A stretch of 63,716 bases of DNA, counting the filler, from Limisphaerales bacterium (GTDB lineage: Bacteria > Verrucomicrobiota > Verrucomicrobiia > Limisphaerales > SIBE01), in NCBI GenBank assembly GCA_044225505.1. It is 3 parts of 3 records of this genome, joined end to end, with 100 filler letters (N's around TTAATTAATTAA, not from the genome) between each part and the next. Parts side by side here need not be neighbours in the genome. Positions count along the whole stretch, not along the records: positions 44,307 to 63,716 come from JBGAIN010000155.1; 2 more parts are not named here. One strand, given 5' to 3'. Positions 59,859 through 63,716 of this stretch are shown here, piece by piece. The translations under genes were made by a program, and so were the position numbers. Positions within the stretch are counted from its first letter, which is position 1; each line of letters starts with the position of its first letter. The notes beneath the pieces were generated by a model, which was not told the origin of the DNA, did not search any database, and saw nothing but the letters and a program-made list of their open reading frames with translations.

Positions 59859-61787
59859 TTAGCCAGCGGACAGGGGCTTGCTCGCCGGCGCCGGGGTTTC
59901 CACCTTGCCTTTCTCTCCCGTCGCCGGCGCTGCGTTCTTCTCTGGAGATTCCGGAACTCTCAAGCAGATGCGTTCCCCCTCCTTAATCCCCGACTTGATC
60001 TCGATAAACTCGTCTGTGAAATCGCCAACATCGATGGCACGACGCGTCTCTTTGCCCCCTTGCAGGACGTAGCAAAACTGCTTCCCGTCCTCTGGCACGA
60101 CGGCTTGAATCGGGACATAAACCACCTCGGGCAAGCGTTTCACCATGATCTCGACTTTGGCACTCATCCCCGGCTTCAACCAATCGAACGCACCGTCCAC
60201 GCGAATCGTTGTCAGGTATACCTTCAGATCCGGATTCATCCATCGATTCTGGGAATCGGGCAAAACGCCAACCTTCATGACTTCACCGGTGAGGACCTTA
60301 TCTGGAAACGCATCGACGGTAATTTTGGCTTTCTGACCTCTCTGAATCTTCTTGATGTAAGTTTCGTGGATTTTCACTTTTACAGACATCTTCGTGGTGT
60401 CCGGGATGGTGATGAGCGCTTGTCGTTCACGGACCGTCGCTCCTTCCCGGATCCTTTCTTCGCCATAGTAAACTCCGTCTTCGTTCCCACCTCCATAAAC
60501 GACCAGGCCTTGACGCTTGGCTTTGATGGAGCATTTCTCAAGTTGCTCTTGCAATTCCTGTCGCTGGCGCAATTCCAAACTGTATTTGCCTTGAGCCGAC
60601 TTCAGCTTGGCCTCGGCTTGCGCCAGCTTCGAAATTGCGCCTTTACGAGCTCGATCGAGTTCGCGCGCTGCCTCCGCGTACTTGGAAAGGGTTTCCTCCG
60701 CCGTTTTCAGAAACTCATAGTTGAGAAAGAGCGCGCGAGCCGTTTCGGCCGTTTGCACTTTGAGTTTGTTGTTCTGGAGTTTGAGTTCGTCATTGTCGAG
60801 CTCCGTGCGCGTCGCGAACTCTTTATCGAACAAGCGCTTGGTCCCTTCGAAGGTAGATTGGGCGAGCAGCCGTTCTTTCTCGGCAACCTGCAGATCATCG
60901 TCCAACTTGCGGATCTTCTGCTTGGCTTCGCCATCCCCTAACAAGTCCGCCGTAGTATATTTACTGAAATCGATATCAATCGCCCCCGTTCGGTTGTTGG
61001 TTTGTGACCCCTCCGTTTTGCTCGGCTCTTGCGGCCCGGCCTCCTTGCTTCCAGAGCCCGCAAAAGTGGACGAGGGCGTATTGGACTGAGCCGCAGCCAG
61101 ACGAGGGTCAGTTTGGACGGCCAGCGCCACGCTAGCTATTAACACCGGCGGCAATCCGGCACTGCCGGAACCAGGCGCAGCCACGCCGGCCACCTCAGAT
61201 TTGGGAGCATTGGTGTTTTGAATGGGCGGGCGGTTGGTTACGGAGGTGTTCGTCTCAACATCCAGATCCAATTGCCCGATGATCTCCATCGCAGCTTTGT
61301 TCCCCATGAACTTCTCAAAATCCATGCGCGCGAATTTGGCTTTTTGCTCTGCCGCACGTACGTCGCTCAGGTTCTGATTGACTTGAATCTCATAGGCTTG
61401 CTGGGCGTCGATCAACGAGGCGGCGGTCGATTCGAATTGAATGTCTTGCTGGGTGATTTTGTTGCGTATTTCCGAGGAGTCCAATTCGACCAATACTTTT
61501 TCATTCTTAACGTCCTCCTCGGTAACAGCGTAACCTTCCTCAACGATCTTCAGGATCTTCGTCCCTTGATACCCCTTGACTTCGGACCGACTCTCTTGCG
61601 ATTCGAGAGCCTGAATGCTTCCCCCCTCCACAACGGTAACATTGAGTGGGCCACGGCGCGCTTCAAACACGGTCGCTTTGTTCTCCGGACTCGAACGAGA
61701 GAGCCCGTAGACCAAAAGACTGACTACGACGGTCGCGCAAGCCCCAACTAGCACTGTGCGGTTACGCAAAATCCGTTTACTTTCCAT
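59859..61787 (-). CDS. Periplasmic adaptor (HlyD/MacA-like)
   Basis: N-terminal TM; VEEG..V....VLVELD, coiled coils, IKAKRQGLVVY, LKPGMSAKVEI, VPIQAV. Confidence 0.9.
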   Translation of the reverse strand: MESKRILRNRTVLVGACATVVVSLLVYGLSRSSPENKATVFEARRGPLNVTVVEGGSIQALESQESRSEVKGYQGTKILKIVEEGYAVTEEDVKNEKVLVELDSSEIRNKITQQDIQFESTAASLIDAQQAYEIQVNQNLSDVRAAEQKAKFARMDFEKFMGNKAAMEIIGQLDLDVETNTSVTNRPPIQNTNAPKSEVAGVAAPGSGSAGLPPVLIASVALAVQTDPRLAAAQSNTPSSTFAGSGSKEAGPQEPSKTEGSQTNNRTGAIDIDFSKYTTADLLGDGEAKQKIRKLDDDLQVAEKERLLAQSTFEGTKRLFDKEFATRTELDNDELKLQNNKLKVQTAETARALFLNYEFLKTAEETLSKYAEAARELDRARKGAISKLAQAEAKLKSAQGKYSLELRQRQELQEQLEKCSIKAKRQGLVVYGGGNEDGVYYGEERIREGATVRERQALITIPDTTKMSVKVKIHETYIKKIQRGQKAKITVDAFPDKVLTGEVMKVGVLPDSQNRWMNPDLKVYLTTIRVDGAFDWLKPGMSAKVEIMVKRLPEVVYVPIQAVVPEDGKQFCYVLQGGKETRRAIDVGDFTDEFIEIKSGIKEGERICLRVPESPEKNAAPATGEKGKVETPAPASKPLSAG

Positions 61788-63507
61788 GCTTCATTTCCTC
61801 CCATTTGCCATCGTCTTTGATGTAGAGAATACCCATGTCACTCCAAAACTGAAGACGCGCAATGGTGTGCTGGACCAGCGCTTGCGTTCGATCGTTCTTC
61901 GACCGAATCAGATCATTCTGCGCATCGACCAAGTCCCGCGCCGTTCCGCGTCCGACCTGGGCGCGTAACTCCTCTTCCTCGAGGCGGCGTCGACTCAACG
62001 CCACACCGAGTTCCGCGATTTCGTAGGCACGCTTTGCCTGGTCGAGGTTCCGCCAGTCGTCCCGCACCTGCAGTTTGATCTGGTCTTCAGTTTGGGTCAG
62101 CTGACGGCTCGCCCGGGCCTGGGCAATCAACGCCGCGCGATACGCGTTTCGCTCCGCGGTGCGCTCGAAAGGCAAGTCGACATTCAACCCAGCGCTCCAG
62201 CGATACCGGTCTGGGTCGGGCAAAGCGAAACCGCCTTTTGTATTCGGTTGACTGCCCAAGCCGGCTGAGGCCACCAAATCCACCTGCGGCTTTAGCCGGT
62301 TGGCCGCAACCCGAATCTTGCGTGCCGCATCCTCCTCCTGGTCGCGTGCATTCTCGAGATCCAGCCGCGTTGCCAATGCCACTTTCGCTGCATCTTCGGC
62401 ACTACTGAGGTCCGGGTGTAAAATCGTCAGTTGCTCCAACTCTCGCGGGTCCAGAACCACGCTCGCGTCAGTCGAGAGACCCAGTTGGATCTTGAAATTA
62501 TCCAGGCTTTGCTTGTAAGCGCGAATGGCGTTGACCCACCCAGTCTCCGTCGTTAACTCGCTCTGCTGGATGAGCCCCAAGGAGGCCTGAGTCTTTCGGC
62601 CTTCGGCTGCCAAAGCTCGTTCGCGCTCCACACTTTTGCGGAAACTTTGCAGGCCCAGCCAACTGTTGGCCGCCGCATCCCTCGTTTGCAGGACCCGGTA
62701 GTAGCTCGTCGCAATCTGGACGCTAAACTCTTTGCGAAATCGCGTAAACTCTCTCAAGGCATAGAGTAGGTCCCGCTCCGCTTGCGTTAGGTTTTCCAGG
62801 GCAATCTTGTAGCCGGCGCCTCGAAAAAGCGGCTGGACAAGCGTGGCGGCCACTTGCGAGGAATTATACGCGCGGGGATCCCCCGTTACGTAACGAAGGA
62901 AATCCGTTGTAAATGCCAGGGAAAGGCGCGCCCCAGATCGAAGCAGCCAATCCAATCCAGCGGAACCGCTCCCCGTGAGCCGGTGTTGCTCAACGAGAGC
63001 CGCGTCGCCGCTCAGCACTTTTGGTTCCCCAGTGAGGGCGTCGATGCCAATCTGAACCTCTTCCGTCACTGCCTGGTAATCGCTTCGACCTCGTCCGAAG
63101 AAAATCGGTTCAAATTGGTGGCGGGCGAGCGTTAAGCCGAGAGCTTCGAGGTAAAGGGACTCCTTGTTATTTTGGTAGGTCCGGCTGTGGTGAACTGCCA
63201 AGTCCAGCGCTTCCGCCAGCGTCAACACATGCGCATTGATCTCGGAATCCGCCGCTGGCCCTAGGAAACGGGCGGTGTTGGTCCAACGTGGGTAGGTATC
63301 CAAGGCTAATCTATTAGTCTGCTCAATCGTGAAATGCCGATCCATGTTCGGCACGCGACTTCCTTTCGTGGCAAGGATTCGAGCCACTTCGCGGTCAGCT
63401 GCTTTGCCATAGTGTTTGGTGGAGCAAGCTCCCAAAAGACAAAGGGTTACACTTGCCGCGACCAGGCAGCAAGCAGACTCAACTGTGTTAATGTTCCAAT
63501 GGAACAT
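61777..63507 (-). CDS. TolC-family outer membrane lipoprotein
   Basis: Lipobox LLGAC; LTLAEALDLAV, QPLFRGAG, PQVDL, DLVDAQNDL; first gene of exporter operon. Confidence 0.88.
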   Translation of the reverse strand: MFHWNINTVESACCLVAASVTLCLLGACSTKHYGKAADREVARILATKGSRVPNMDRHFTIEQTNRLALDTYPRWTNTARFLGPAADSEINAHVLTLAEALDLAVHHSRTYQNNKESLYLEALGLTLARHQFEPIFFGRGRSDYQAVTEEVQIGIDALTGEPKVLSGDAALVEQHRLTGSGSAGLDWLLRSGARLSLAFTTDFLRYVTGDPRAYNSSQVAATLVQPLFRGAGYKIALENLTQAERDLLYALREFTRFRKEFSVQIATSYYRVLQTRDAAANSWLGLQSFRKSVERERALAAEGRKTQASLGLIQQSELTTETGWVNAIRAYKQSLDNFKIQLGLSTDASVVLDPRELEQLTILHPDLSSAEDAAKVALATRLDLENARDQEEDAARKIRVAANRLKPQVDLVASAGLGSQPNTKGGFALPDPDRYRWSAGLNVDLPFERTAERNAYRAALIAQARASRQLTQTEDQIKLQVRDDWRNLDQAKRAYEIAELGVALSRRRLEEEELRAQVGRGTARDLVDAQNDLIRSKNDRTQALVQHTIARLQFWSDMGILYIKDDGKWEEMKHGK

Positions 63508-63716
63508 AGAAAGCTTTCCACGAACCGGGCGACCACTGGTTTAGTGTTCCCTAAACCGGAACAGCCGATTTGTTGCGCACGGACGGGGCTCGATTGCTAT
63601 TTCTGACAATAAATTCAGATTTCCGGATCTCGAGGAATTTCGTTGGCCCCGATTGGCTCGAAAACCATTCTTAGTTTCGTTCCAGGATACTCCGTTTCTG
63701 AGTCGGTCAACTCGGT

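Overview
GC-rich bacterial sequence, most likely a Verrucomicrobiota (Pedosphaera/Limisphaera-like) metagenome-assembled genome, inferred from the H-X9-DG pilin-like genes and gene content. It is three contigs joined by artificial N44-TTAATTAATTAA-N44 spacers (22093-22192, 44207-44306), so adjacency across these is not biological. Contig 1 is mostly housekeeping: ATP-grasp ligase plus GNAT, pilin-like gene, hisC/hisD, pfkA, recA, PAS-REC, two M14 peptidases, nhaR/exoD/terC, a GME-like epimerase, a TPAT (TatT-DctP-DctQM) transporter and an aldolase. Contig 2 is accessory: an NRPS tail, many secreted hydrolases, alkD, arsR, an M61 peptidase, a Helicase_C_3 protein and decayed genes. Its intergenic tracts are packed with REP/MITE-like palindromes and short tandem arrays. 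Contig 3 holds a beta-propeller protein, a pilin-like gene, SSADH, korAB, a HAD hydrolase, a TPR / coiled-coil / ECF sigma / small protein / Ycf46-type AAA+ cluster, PilT and a MacAB-TolC-type exporter. No rRNA, tRNA, CRISPR array or transposase was seen. Best leads: the ECF-small protein-Ycf46 AAA+ cluster, an active/inactive M14 peptidase pair, a nitrilase fusion coupled to DUF1593, and a dispersed palindromic element with an 11-bp repeat core. All assignments come from motif recognition by eye; no searches were run.
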